IMG/VR virus record: IMGVR_UViG_3300009788_000005
Location: 21,759-85,758 of that record
Origin: a virus
Strand: one strand, 5' to 3'
DNA: 64,000 nucleotides
Shown here: piece after piece, positions 1 to 10,595 of the stretch
Numbering within the stretch: position 1 is the first letter of the stretch
Layout of the letters: each line of letters begins with the position of its first letter
Notes under the pieces: generated by a model
What the model was told of the DNA's origin: nothing
Databases searched by the model: none
Seen by the model: only the letters and a program-made list of their open reading frames with translations
Made by a program: the position numbers and the translations under genes

Positions 1-977
1 TACTTAATTACTTTGGTAGACTTAGCTACAGCATCCGGTATACCTAATAATAAATAACCAAACTCTACTCCTACCCCCTCAGGTAATCCTCCTGAAATAG
101 TTTCAACATACCAATTGAATAAGTCCAACCTACCCTCCTCTACCGTATCATCAAAATCCTCCTCTACCTGCACCTCATAAGTAGGTCTTTCTTTACGTAT
201 AATATAATTACCTACATCCTCATCCCGTACATCCTCATCCTGATAATAATCAACAAATTCAGGAAACCCTTCATGGGGTATAAACTCAACCTCTTCCCCT
301 ACTATATATATCCCGTTTGGTCCTGACCCTTTATCTGTTCCTTTCTGCTGTAGGAAATTTCCACAGTTATAAAAATTACCGTGCTGACTCTTATTAATTA
401 TATGCCCGTTAAACACATACATAAACTCCCCAAAAATATCATCATCCTCTTTGATAGTTGACCCAGGTACAGAAGATATAGTATCCTGGTGCATCAAAAG
501 TATAGTTGTATCAGGATTAACTTGCATATCCAACATAACTTTTAAAGCATCTTTAAAATGTTCCTCATGCCGATAGAAAGGTAATCCTACTACAATACCT
601 ACAGAGGTATCCACAGTATAACCATCAAGTATATAAAAATTATCACATGCCAAAGCTAAAGCATGTAAAACATGTGAATCCTTTTTAATACTACTAACTA
701 ACCCTCCCTCAGGATCATCATGATTACCCGTAATAGTATTAGTCTCTACAGCCTGACCCTGAAAAAACTTAACCATTCTATTAAATACCTTATAGTTAGG
801 TTTGGAATGCTCAAATATATCCCCCAATAAAAACACCTGCTCTATACCCTGATCCCTAGCTATACCGTAGGCCCATTCTAAAGCCTCTATAGTTACATCA
901 ATAATATTCTTACCAGACTCATAAGCCTTATTTTTGTGATACGTTTGTATATCACCTATTACCATTATTTTCTTCAT
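1..977 (-). CDS. SbcD/Mre11/gp47-like metallophosphoesterase nuclease (runs off the left edge; absent from ORF track)
   Basis: Manual translation from ATG 977: MKKIMVIGDIQ...LLGDIF...ITGNHD...FNGHII, the calcineurin-like phosphoesterase motif order; the frame continues off position 1. Confidence 0.8.
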   Translation of the reverse strand, partial: MKKIMVIGDIQTYHKNKAYESGKNIIDVTIEALEWAYGIARDQGIEQVFLLGDIFEHSKPNYKVFNRMVKFFQGQAVETNTITGNHDDPEGGLVSSIKKDSHVLHALALACDNFYILDGYTVDTSVGIVVGLPFYRHEEHFKDALKVMLDMQVNPDTTILLMHQDTISSVPGSTIKEDDDIFGEFMYVFNGHIINKSQHGNFYNCGNFLQQKGTDKGSGPNGIYIVGEEVEFIPHEGFPEFVDYYQDEDVRDEDVGNYIIRKERPTYEVQVEEDFDDTVEEGRLDLFNWYVETISGGLPEGVGVEFGYLLLGIPDAVAKSTKVIK

Positions 978-1066
978 AATTACACCTGTAAAATTTTTAC
1001 ACCTATAATAAAAAGGGGGAGAGTCCCCAGCAGACAATCCCCCTAAAAACTAACTTGTCATTACTC

Positions 1067-2038
1067 TTATATATCTGCTGTTTTCCTCTTTCTACCTGTA
1101 CTTCTTTTTGTCTCCTTAGGCTCCGGCTTATTTTCCTCATCCTCCTTAGGCTCCTCATCACCAAAATGTACCTTAAGTATATGTAAAGCTTCCTCAGTTT
1201 TTATACCCTTCTTAGCCTCATCCAAGAGCTTAGGTAATTTGTCTTCAGTCCACAACTCAGAATCCTCTATATCTGTCTGAAAATCGCTCCTACGAGTACC
1301 TACAAAATAATCACTAGCAGTAGATTTACCTCCTTTAGGTACTCTCTCTATATAAAAGTCTACTCCTTTGTACTGATTATATAGGGTATAGCCTACTTCA
1401 GTATCCCCTACTAAACCTTTCTTCTTACCTCCCCCAAAAATACCGGACTGACAAGACCAATTTATATTAATAATCTTAGCTCCCGAAGGATCAGGGATAG
1501 ACTTACCATCCTCAACATCTACTATCGGTATTACAGGCAACCACCTCTCATCATTACCCGCTCTATTAGTATGCCGAATCTTACTACCCTTACCATCATC
1601 TCTCTCGTTTTTTGAAAAAATAAACAGATCCCTATATATCTGTATATCGTCTGAATCTCCTCCCTCCTCCTCATACATTCCCGGTAAATCATCCAACTTA
1701 TCTTTCAAATATTCATATACCTGATCTACCGGCTCTCCTAAAGCTTTCTCAGAAACATGATAGCAAAACTTAGGCTTATTCTCATCATTAAGCCTATAAT
1801 CCTTTATACCGTACTTCTTAACAGGTAAAAATTCAATCTTACCATGAAGCTCTTGCGTAGCTGCATCCGGGGGTAACGCCCTAAAGTAATGTTTTACATT
1901 AGGGGCAAGATCTGATACATTCATGAAAATATTCTTACCCCCCCATCCTGATACAGCTCTTGATACAGATTCTTGGGCCTCAATTTCAGGAGTGTAAGTA
2001 ATCCCTTGCGGTTTTGGTGATTTTTTTCTTGTAGCCAT
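1067..2038 (-). CDS. Replication-module protein, possibly ssDNA-binding
   Basis: 323 aa ORF with acidic/charged C-terminus, located between the nuclease and the UvsY-like/PolA genes; function inferred from context only. Confidence 0.4.
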   Translation of the reverse strand: MATRKKSPKPQGITYTPEIEAQESVSRAVSGWGGKNIFMNVSDLAPNVKHYFRALPPDAATQELHGKIEFLPVKKYGIKDYRLNDENKPKFCYHVSEKALGEPVDQVYEYLKDKLDDLPGMYEEEGGDSDDIQIYRDLFIFSKNERDDGKGSKIRHTNRAGNDERWLPVIPIVDVEDGKSIPDPSGAKIININWSCQSGIFGGGKKKGLVGDTEVGYTLYNQYKGVDFYIERVPKGGKSTASDYFVGTRRSDFQTDIEDSELWTEDKLPKLLDEAKKGIKTEEALHILKVHFGDEEPKEDEENKPEPKETKRSTGRKRKTADI

Positions 2039-2151
2039 AAAGCGTTTAAATTTTTAAATTAATGATTAACGTTATTACACAATTAAATTGTATTAAACGT
2101 ATTAAATTATCAATACAAATGTACCCATTAAACTACTATAACCCAACCCCT

Positions 2152-2697
2152 CTAACCCATTCTTTCTATTCTCTCATTAGCATTAATAGACCTAGCAGTA
2201 TTCCAAGCCAAATCTACTATATTATAACTAGACCTTAACCTGTTTAGTGTTTGACTAACATTCAATATATTAGATCTTGAATTCTTTACCTCAGTTAATA
2301 CAGACAACATAGAAATAACTAATTTATCTGTAGGCATTTCGTTAGCCCTAGACTTAGATAAGTCATCTCTCCCTATCATATCCTCCATCCTCATGGTCTT
2401 AAATTGTACATACTGCTCGTTTACTATATCCAACTCCATCCTATTCAATTCATCTACAGCCCTTTCATAGTACAACACTAACCCCGATAAAAAAGACATA
2501 GTAGATAGAAAATCCATCATTCTTTCCTCTGTACCGTAACTCTGCAAATCAGCTAATATAGTATTATCGATAGTAACCGTACCTACTCTACCTCCATATT
2601 CTACAGCTACCTCATATACCTGTAAAAATTTTACATCTACTCCCTCTATATATATCCCTTTCATACAACTATATCTATCTCTTTTAAATCTTTCCAA
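2152..2697 (-). CDS. Putative UvsY-like recombination mediator
   Basis: 181 aa helical protein ending ARSINANERIE, resembling UvsY-like C-termini; adjacent to PolA. Confidence 0.4.
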   Translation of the reverse strand: MERFKRDRYSCMKGIYIEGVDVKFLQVYEVAVEYGGRVGTVTIDNTILADLQSYGTEERMMDFLSTMSFLSGLVLYYERAVDELNRMELDIVNEQYVQFKTMRMEDMIGRDDLSKSRANEMPTDKLVISMLSVLTEVKNSRSNILNVSQTLNRLRSSYNIVDLAWNTARSINANERIERMG

Positions 2698-5600
2698 TTA
2701 GGACCTACCTCTACATCACTTTTCATCTCCACATTATCAAATTCAAAACCAAAGTACTCCATATTAGGGGGATTATTGAAAGCCTTAAGCAACCACCTCA
2801 AATATAAATCCATTTGACTTCTCCTCACATACCCTAACCCCGAATCATGCACCGTATTTAACAAGTCTCCATCATACTGTAGTATACTCATTCTATCTTG
2901 ATGAACTATACAAGAGAATAAAAGCCCCTGACCACTACTACCTTGTACTGGACTATTAACCCCTATACGCTCATCATGACTCCTTAACCCAGGATCATTA
3001 GAATTAATAAAAGGAGTAAATCTTTTACTACCGTAAGCAGTTCTTACCCACCCATAACGATTAGCCTTAGATCTATATAACTCGTGCGCCTTAGGTATAG
3101 CAGGGTGAAGAGTATATAAATAATCTTTATGCTCCTTACGTGCTTGCTCCATGCTCATTTCTATCCCATACTGTATCTTAGAATACTCCCTATAACTTTC
3201 TGCACTCATCACATAAATCAATCCAAAATTCTTAGCCTTACCTTTATGCCTATGTATTTCTGCTGCCCCAATATCCTCCTCCAACATAATACAGTAATCA
3301 TCCAAAGAAACATTAGTACCACTACATGAAGCTAATACATGCAAATCAATATCATCAGCCAAAGCCTCTGCCATTGTATCTACTCTCCATAAATAAGTAC
3401 ACCACCTTAATTCTGATTGAGATAAGTCAGCCTGAAAAAACTCATACGGATCATCCTTATTAGTATCATACAAAGGAGTACAAAACATCCTCTTAATATA
3501 AGATACTGTTTCCTTAACTCTCTCTAAAGAAGTCCTACTAGGTATATTCTGTAAATTAGGATTATTACTAGTAATCCTCTGAGATCTAGCAGTACCGAAA
3601 GTACTATGTACCTTATCCTCATTATCCAAGCAAGATCTTATCCCCTCAAAATAAGTACTCTTAGCCGTAGACAATAATCTATACTCTAATACTCTTTCTA
3701 TCAATTTTGTAGGGTCCGGAAACAAACCTAATATATCCTTATTAGTAGAGGGATAAGGTCCTGTTTCCTTCTTCATCCTCTTAGTTATAGGATCTTTTAT
3801 GGTCCTGGTTACTACAGGTAATTCATAATTCAAACCCGCCTTACTTGTATAAATAAGTTTTCCTAATTGAGTAGGGGAATTAAAATTAATACTCTCAAAA
3901 TTATTAACCTCCCCAGACTTCAACTTATCTATTTTAATCTTCCAAGTTACAATATTTTTATAAGGATAGGAAAGGGAGTAGTAATTTTGATCTAATACCA
4001 ACTGTCTTTTTTCTACTACGTTAGAATAAGATTTAAGTAGTATATACTCATCCGTTTCTTTATCTTTTCTCTTACTATACACCTTATCCTCACTTTCCAT
4101 TTTCTGCTGAGATATGATCAACTCCTTTAACTTGATACCCTCAGCCTTAGATATCTTCTCTGTAAGATCCTGTATCATCTCTTGATCTATTCTATCTTTC
4201 TCATACCGAATAAATCTCTTTACCAAAGACATATTATTCAACTCTTCTGTAACCTCCTGTAATAACTCTGTACATTTACTAAGTCCCTCCTCTAAGACAT
4301 CCGTATCTACCGGCATACCCTTATATTCCATATCCCCCAATAACCGTAACTTAGAAGTTTCATAATTACGATATACCCTATACAACTTAGGATCTTTCAA
4401 TAACTCATACTCAAATAAATATCTAGCTCTTAAAGTTAAATCATTATCATTAGCACAATAATTACCCAATGATCGTAAAGAGTCGTTTGCATAATCCACC
4501 TCATCACCATACCCCTCAAACTCAGGATACAATTGAGGCGCTATTTTTTTAAGTCCATGAGGTACATCCTCCCGTATAGTATGATGCATAATTAAAGTAT
4601 CATCCAACCTACCCTCTACCTCTATATCTAATTGTCTCCCTATACTGAGATCAAACTTAATATTATGGGCAACCTTACGTATATCCTTCTTTTTAAATAT
4701 CTCCTCATTAATTTCAGGCAATAAAAAATCATGTAATAAATCAGGTATATGCTCTCTTTTAACAAACCCCCAATTACTAAACAAGGCATCTATAAATACC
4801 TTATTATCCTCCTCAACCATAACAAGCTCCCCATTATATCTTTCTAAAGGTTCACCATTCTTATACACATACATGTTTACTACCAAAATACCCTCCTCAT
4901 CTTTCTCCTGTACCGAGACATATTCAAGATCATCATCACAACCTATATTCCAAGGGCTTTCACAATGATATATAGGTATTATGTATCCACTTCCAACCTG
5001 AAAACTAATACCCAACATACTAGCCTGAGCCTTATGAGGATCAAGAGAATGATCTTTTATATCCTTAGATTTAGTAAGTCCTTTTAACTTAGGAAAAGTC
5101 TCAAAATCAAAACATATTTCTCCTGTAATATTACAGTAATCTATTAGAGGTTTTATATCTTCAGGAGTATTAATAAATACTGTTTCAGTCATCGTAGATA
5201 CAGACTCAAACCCCAATATAGCATTATAGCATAACCCTATAGCCTTCTCTCCTCTACGTAACTCTACCATTGACTCCGGATCATCCGGATACTGATATAA
5301 CAATTTAATCTTAAAGGATGAGATAAACCCCCAATAAGTTACATGTGTCCCTGGTTTATTTCCTAAAGAAATTACTTTTTTATTTAGCCTGTATAGTAGG
5401 TCTGTATGCCTACCAAACTTTAGGTACTCGGATACCTTAGCCCCAAAACCTACAACAGCATCCCAATCCCCCCATTCAAATCCCTCCCCCACAGAAACCA
5501 CATGCTCAAGAGAAACCACATACATTGAATCCTGTACTACCTGTCTTTGATCAGCCTTCAACAATTTATAATCCGTAACCCCATATATAGCCAATGATAA

Positions 5601-5711
5601 GGATTCAAATACTAACCTAGCAGCAGACATCATATGCTCCTTATCCGGCTTATCAGATATTACTAATACTCCTTTAATTGGTTTCATCTGTATGCTTGTA
5701 TCTCCACTCAT
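2661..5711 (-). CDS. polA: Family A DNA polymerase with 3'-5' exonuclease
   Basis: Exo motifs FDFET, AHNIKFD, YCAND; polymerase motifs PNLQNIP, ADLSQSELR, RHKGKAKNFGLIY, TVHDS. Confidence 0.95.
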   Translation of the reverse strand: MSGDTSIQMKPIKGVLVISDKPDKEHMMSAARLVFESLSLAIYGVTDYKLLKADQRQVVQDSMYVVSLEHVVSVGEGFEWGDWDAVVGFGAKVSEYLKFGRHTDLLYRLNKKVISLGNKPGTHVTYWGFISSFKIKLLYQYPDDPESMVELRRGEKAIGLCYNAILGFESVSTMTETVFINTPEDIKPLIDYCNITGEICFDFETFPKLKGLTKSKDIKDHSLDPHKAQASMLGISFQVGSGYIIPIYHCESPWNIGCDDDLEYVSVQEKDEEGILVVNMYVYKNGEPLERYNGELVMVEEDNKVFIDALFSNWGFVKREHIPDLLHDFLLPEINEEIFKKKDIRKVAHNIKFDLSIGRQLDIEVEGRLDDTLIMHHTIREDVPHGLKKIAPQLYPEFEGYGDEVDYANDSLRSLGNYCANDNDLTLRARYLFEYELLKDPKLYRVYRNYETSKLRLLGDMEYKGMPVDTDVLEEGLSKCTELLQEVTEELNNMSLVKRFIRYEKDRIDQEMIQDLTEKISKAEGIKLKELIISQQKMESEDKVYSKRKDKETDEYILLKSYSNVVEKRQLVLDQNYYSLSYPYKNIVTWKIKIDKLKSGEVNNFESINFNSPTQLGKLIYTSKAGLNYELPVVTRTIKDPITKRMKKETGPYPSTNKDILGLFPDPTKLIERVLEYRLLSTAKSTYFEGIRSCLDNEDKVHSTFGTARSQRITSNNPNLQNIPSRTSLERVKETVSYIKRMFCTPLYDTNKDDPYEFFQADLSQSELRWCTYLWRVDTMAEALADDIDLHVLASCSGTNVSLDDYCIMLEEDIGAAEIHRHKGKAKNFGLIYVMSAESYREYSKIQYGIEMSMEQARKEHKDYLYTLHPAIPKAHELYRSKANRYGWVRTAYGSKRFTPFINSNDPGLRSHDERIGVNSPVQGSSGQGLLFSCIVHQDRMSILQYDGDLLNTVHDSGLGYVRRSQMDLYLRWLLKAFNNPPNMEYFGFEFDNVEMKSDVEVGPNWKDLKEIDIVV

Positions 5712-6201
5712 TCCCTTTATTAATAATATTAGAACTATTACTTATAGCCTCTAACAATACATCTACTAAATCAAAATCTATAGAATTTAATACCTCCTCT
5801 ACATCTCTTCTCAACGCCTTACGTAATCGGTCTGTAGTAATTACGTCCCCCTCTTCTTCCTTAACCTTAATAGTATATACATAAGTATCCACAAGCTCCC
5901 TACCTTTTTCCTTAACCTTATTCTCATCATAAAAAGGTTTTCCCTCAAAATGATCAAATCTCACAACCTCAACTAGCGTATCTAAGTTATTCATTTTTTG
6001 TACTGCCATACATACTAGTGACAAATGACATACTAAACAATTCCTATCTCCAGGATCATAACCTATATCTCCCGGACCTTTACCAAACTCAGGACATATT
6101 TTCCTCCATCTAGGGGTATCATCTACTATACTTTGGTCTTGGAAAGGCTTAACCATATCGTAAGGATTTTCCTTAACTGGATTCTTATTTACTTGTATCA
6201 T
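5674..6201 (-). CDS. Hypothetical protein with 4-Cys cluster
   Basis: CPEFG...YD...CLVC...C; tight packing in the replication module. Confidence 0.6.
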   Translation of the reverse strand: MIQVNKNPVKENPYDMVKPFQDQSIVDDTPRWRKICPEFGKGPGDIGYDPGDRNCLVCHLSLVCMAVQKMNNLDTLVEVVRFDHFEGKPFYDENKVKEKGRELVDTYVYTIKVKEEEGDVITTDRLRKALRRDVEEVLNSIDFDLVDVLLEAISNSSNIINKGNEWRYKHTDETN

Positions 6202-6250
6202 GAATGTAAAATTTTTACACCTCTATACTATTTTATATCCTAGAAAATTA

Positions 6251-6517
6251 TTATTCCTTCACATTATTATACTTCCATTTTTTATCTAAAATATCTAATA
6301 CCGATTTCCATTTATCAATACAATCATACCCACATGTTACATTAGCCCCATCACTCCATGAAAATTGAATATAATATTGCTTTGAATTACTAATCCAACT
6401 CTGAATAATAACCAAATTATGTAGGTTTATACTTAAATGCAAACACCCAGAAAAGTAAATCCTGATATGTTGCCAACTTGTTTTAGAAGTTATATCCATA
6501 TCAAATAAATTATCCAC
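6251..6517 (-). CDS. Hypothetical protein
   Basis: 88 aa ORF overlapping the helicase stop (coupled arrangement). Confidence 0.55.
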   Translation of the reverse strand: MDNLFDMDITSKTSWQHIRIYFSGCLHLSINLHNLVIIQSWISNSKQYYIQFSWSDGANVTCGYDCIDKWKSVLDILDKKWKYNNVKE

Positions 6518-8240
6518 AACCCTCAGGAATACCTTCTATATGCTCATATAGATAATTCATAACTGTACCATGCTCCTCCTTAGATAGCTCATCTATGAGC
6601 CTCTTACTACCCTCCTCCAAGATCTTATGCCCCTGATCAAAAAAAGCTAGTATATCAAATTTATAAGCATCCTTATTTTTCCTGGTACCTCTACCTATAG
6701 ATCCCTGTACTAAGCTTATCTCATTACCCGTAGATTCCCAATTAATCCATACCTCTATGTTAGGTATATTTAATCCTTTCTTTATAACCCTATTAGCAAC
6801 TAATACCCGAATATCTCCCGATCTAAATCTATCTAAAATAGCAGATCTATTTTTTGTCTTACCATCAATATATCCTACCCTATCAAATATAAGACCAAAA
6901 TCTAATATCTTTTCAAATAACCATCTACCGTACCCAATTCTAGCAGCCCCAAAATAAAATATTATTTGCTTATCCAGTAACTTAAGATCTCTAAGCTTTT
7001 CTACTACAATATCAAGCCTATCCATAGATCTATAAATATACCTATCCTTTACATAACCTACATTATTAGACCTAACCCCTCTAATATCATTAAGTAATAC
7101 ATGTACATGAGGCTCTAAGCTTACTCCTTTCTCAACATTATCAGCAGTTGTTACCTCATACCTTTGACTACCAAACAACCCCAATACGGTATACCTATTT
7201 TTACCCTTATCACTTTTTAACGGGGTACCTGAATACCCTATCTGTAATCCTGGACTTGTCTTACCTATAAAATCTAAAGACTGCTTACCCGTAAAAGTTT
7301 CACACTCATCATACATACACAAATTAAACCTAAACAAATCCTCTACTATTATCTTACTTGATCTTATCCTAGCTTCTACAGTTTGCACCATACATATAGT
7401 AAAGTCTGTAAAGGTATCCCATTTGGGTTGCTTAGTTATACCTTGAGACTTTAACTCCGCCCTAATCATAGCCTTATTTGCTGCCACAACCCCCACATCA
7501 AACCCCATACCTAAGTATTCTGCTACAGCTTTAGCACACAATATAGCATCCCTAAAAGGCATCAATACTTTAGCATGTACTACATTCAAAACAAAACACG
7601 CTGCCAAAATAGTCTTCCCAAAATTTACCGCCAAATCAAGCAATACAGAATTAAAATATTGCCCCATCTGTTTTCTGTCTGTAAAAGTATGCCTAACCTT
7701 ATCTATAACAGGTTTTTGATCTTCTCTAAGTTTGTAATCTCCTACTGAGTATACCGGATCTTTTGTTAACCTAATAAAATTTCTCCTTTGGTCTTTAATA
7801 TCATACAATATCTCTCCATACTCTGTAACTATATCAACAGACTGTAGCAACATTAAAACACCTCTCAATAACCCGGATCTAAACTTTAGTCTTCTACCCG
7901 CAAAATACAATCTAAATACCGATGAATATCCGTCCGACATTTGCCAAGCCTTAAACTTTAACCCTAACTTAGTCCTACTATCATCAGTATACTGATACAT
8001 ATTTATATACTTACCAGTAATATGGTAACATAAATAGTTTTGAAAAAATACAGACTCTACATCAGGAGCTAAAGACTTTAAATGATCCTCATTATTATAA
8101 TCGAAACCACACTTATTAACCTTCTCCCAACTCCTCACATAATCGTTATAGGAATAGTAATCTCTTATATCCTCTAACACACTTTTAGGCTCATCATCTC
8201 TTTCAAGTATAACCCACTGATTTGTTAAATATATTACCAT
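6510..8240 (-). CDS. Superfamily 2 (UvsW/DEAD-like) helicase
   Basis: LREDQ Q-motif, AVNFGKT, YDECE, GYSGTP, GLNIP, QGSIGRGTR. Confidence 0.9.
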   Translation of the reverse strand: MVIYLTNQWVILERDDEPKSVLEDIRDYYSYNDYVRSWEKVNKCGFDYNNEDHLKSLAPDVESVFFQNYLCYHITGKYINMYQYTDDSRTKLGLKFKAWQMSDGYSSVFRLYFAGRRLKFRSGLLRGVLMLLQSVDIVTEYGEILYDIKDQRRNFIRLTKDPVYSVGDYKLREDQKPVIDKVRHTFTDRKQMGQYFNSVLLDLAVNFGKTILAACFVLNVVHAKVLMPFRDAILCAKAVAEYLGMGFDVGVVAANKAMIRAELKSQGITKQPKWDTFTDFTICMVQTVEARIRSSKIIVEDLFRFNLCMYDECETFTGKQSLDFIGKTSPGLQIGYSGTPLKSDKGKNRYTVLGLFGSQRYEVTTADNVEKGVSLEPHVHVLLNDIRGVRSNNVGYVKDRYIYRSMDRLDIVVEKLRDLKLLDKQIIFYFGAARIGYGRWLFEKILDFGLIFDRVGYIDGKTKNRSAILDRFRSGDIRVLVANRVIKKGLNIPNIEVWINWESTGNEISLVQGSIGRGTRKNKDAYKFDILAFFDQGHKILEEGSKRLIDELSKEEHGTVMNYLYEHIEGIPEGCG

Positions 8241-9206
8241 TTAGAATTTATTAATTTTAGGTATTGATTTCTTCTTACTCTTTACTTCCTTCTTTACTTT
8301 ATCCCTGTATTCTATGTACCTATCTATAGCACCCGGTCCGCACAAATAACCAAGCTCTATATCAATATTTCTCTGACCCGAAAAATTATTATTGTAAACT
8401 AATAACTGAGATTCTATCCATAAAGGTATATACTTTTCACTAGCTTTAGCTGAGGAGTCTTTAGCCGTAGATCTAGCCTCCATCAACAATTCAAAAGCTA
8501 TTAAAAACTTATACCTATACTTTATATTATTACTAAATATATCCGTAGACCTATCCGTAATTTTCATAAAAACACCGATCATACTTAAAGTATAGTCCTT
8601 ATACTTATCATGAGCTACCTTATAATATTCACTCAATATAGATCCTGCCTCAGATTGTACATTAGCATCTAAATACGCCTTAATAGAAAACTTCCTTTTG
8701 TTACGTAATAACGGAGTAACTATATCAATATATACCTTATAAAACTCTACCCTGTTTTTAGCAGTATTGGTAGGTCCTATATCCTTCCAGATATCCTCTA
8801 CTACTTTCCATAAAGATATTAGATCATTATAAGCAGCCGTACCTACTACAAACCTCTTAATAAAAGATCTATCCTGCTTCAGTATAACTACCCTAGCCTC
8901 ATAAACAATATCATTTAATATCTCCACATAATGCTTAGGAGCTTTAGATACCCTCTTTAATATCTCCGCCTTAGATACTTTACCCTTACCACTAATTTGT
9001 ATAGTAATTAAATCATCAGGTATAGTTGCATAACCTTCAGATTTCTTTGCCAACTCTTTAACAAATCTTTCTACCTGGGTAGGTGTAAAATTTTTACACG
9101 CCTTAATCATTGCAGCCTGTACAGATTTCTCCTGTAGTATCAACTTAATAGTAGCCTCAACAGTCAATATTACTACAGGATTCTTATCTGATTTACTAAC
9201 AGTCAT
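8241..9206 (-). CDS. Hypothetical replication-module protein
   Basis: 321 aa ORF abutting the helicase; carries an internal copy of the 15-bp palindrome. Confidence 0.65.
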   Translation of the reverse strand: MTVSKSDKNPVVILTVEATIKLILQEKSVQAAMIKACKNFTPTQVERFVKELAKKSEGYATIPDDLITIQISGKGKVSKAEILKRVSKAPKHYVEILNDIVYEARVVILKQDRSFIKRFVVGTAAYNDLISLWKVVEDIWKDIGPTNTAKNRVEFYKVYIDIVTPLLRNKRKFSIKAYLDANVQSEAGSILSEYYKVAHDKYKDYTLSMIGVFMKITDRSTDIFSNNIKYRYKFLIAFELLMEARSTAKDSSAKASEKYIPLWIESQLLVYNNNFSGQRNIDIELGYLCGPGAIDRYIEYRDKVKKEVKSKKKSIPKINKF

Positions 9207-9235
9207 TAGTACAAATTAACCTAAATAAATTCAAC

Positions 9236-10297
9236 TTACCATAACAACACACTACCCCCTACTTTACCCCTGTATGTTTTCTGTCCCTGCTTAACAACCC
9301 TACCCAATTCTTCATAGTAAATATTAGGCGTTATACGTATTGCCTCTTTGGATAACTTCATCACATAATCCTTACCCTGCTCATTAGCATCACCCTTATC
9401 CATATCTATAGCATAGATAGGTTTATCTGTTGCTTGGCTTAAGATATAAGCCGCATGTATTGAATCTCTCCAGGCTCCCTCATCAAACAAAAAATAATAA
9501 CTACTACAACTAAAACCTAATAATTTTCTACACTGAATTATAGATAATGTCTTTCCTTGTATTCCTATGGCATTTTCCATAGTAATAACATCAGCTATAC
9601 CTTCACAAACAAAAATACTTTCTGTTTTTACACACGCATTCCATTCATTATAAAGTACCTCCGACTTTCCAAAAGGGGTTTCATGTTCTTTAGGATTTAA
9701 CCACCTGTAGGAATGTTCTTTTTTTGCATACCGTGCCTGAAAATATACTAACTTTCCTACACTATCTTTAAAAGGAAATATTATACGCCTAAAATACCTA
9801 CCTGACTTCTTAACATACCCTACCCCATAACCATTTGAAAGTACCTCTATAGAAAAGTCTCTATTAGATAAATACTCTCTAGCCTCATCAGCTAACTTAC
9901 CTCCTCCCTCATCTATAGGTATAAAGTCACTGGGTAATTTACAATGAATAGGTCTAACTACAACATCATCCTTACGTAAATCAGATCTAGGTATAAATCC
10001 ATTTATAACTTTCCCTACTTGCTGATAACTAACGTCCTCACAGTATTGCACATAGTCTACTATACTTGCCCATCCCTGAGAATATTCACAACTACTCTGA
10101 TAACATTTTATAGTATTAGTATCCGGGTGATAGTGTCCAGATCTACCTAGATCCTCCAAACAAGCAGAACAAGCATAATGATAATACTTGCCTACCTTCT
10201 TTGTATCGTGCGTGGTATATAACCACTCAAGACATTTATCATTAAAAGACATATACGTTTTGTAAATTGGGGTAAGGAAAGAATTGTACAGCCCCAT
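9236..10297 (-). CDS. dnaG: DnaG-type DNA primase (Zn-binding + TOPRIM)
   Basis: CSAC...CYQSSC Zn ligands, RIIFPF, FQAR, LYN, VCEGIAD, FDEGA, GDANE; true start may be the downstream ATG (MSFND). Confidence 0.85.
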   Translation of the reverse strand: MGLYNSFLTPIYKTYMSFNDKCLEWLYTTHDTKKVGKYYHYACSACLEDLGRSGHYHPDTNTIKCYQSSCEYSQGWASIVDYVQYCEDVSYQQVGKVINGFIPRSDLRKDDVVVRPIHCKLPSDFIPIDEGGGKLADEAREYLSNRDFSIEVLSNGYGVGYVKKSGRYFRRIIFPFKDSVGKLVYFQARYAKKEHSYRWLNPKEHETPFGKSEVLYNEWNACVKTESIFVCEGIADVITMENAIGIQGKTLSIIQCRKLLGFSCSSYYFLFDEGAWRDSIHAAYILSQATDKPIYAIDMDKGDANEQGKDYVMKLSKEAIRITPNIYYEELGRVVKQGQKTYRGKVGGSVLLW

Positions 10298-10448
10298 ATG
10301 AAAACTGAGACACTACAAACCCACACTTACTACATATATCCTCAGACTCACATACAATATATCCATGCACTCTATCAAATACCCTAGTTTTTATATCATT
10401 ACTACCACAACAAGTACAATTATCCACAGGATTACCTACTACTACCAT
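10242..10448 (-). CDS. Small Zn-ribbon protein
   Basis: CTCC...CSKC motifs; palindrome 3 nt upstream of ATG. Confidence 0.55.
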   Translation of the reverse strand: MVVVGNPVDNCTCCGSNDIKTRVFDRVHGYIVCESEDICSKCGFVVSQFSYGAVQFFPYPNLQNVYVF

Positions 10449-10595
10449 ATCTGTAAAATTTTTACACCCCCTACCAATACTATTTATTTCTCTTCTAACA
10501 GCCTAAAACTTACCTACCCTTATCTACATACCAAAATTACTATATCCCTTAACACACCTAACCTAGTAACCTACTGGCTATAATACACCTGTATA

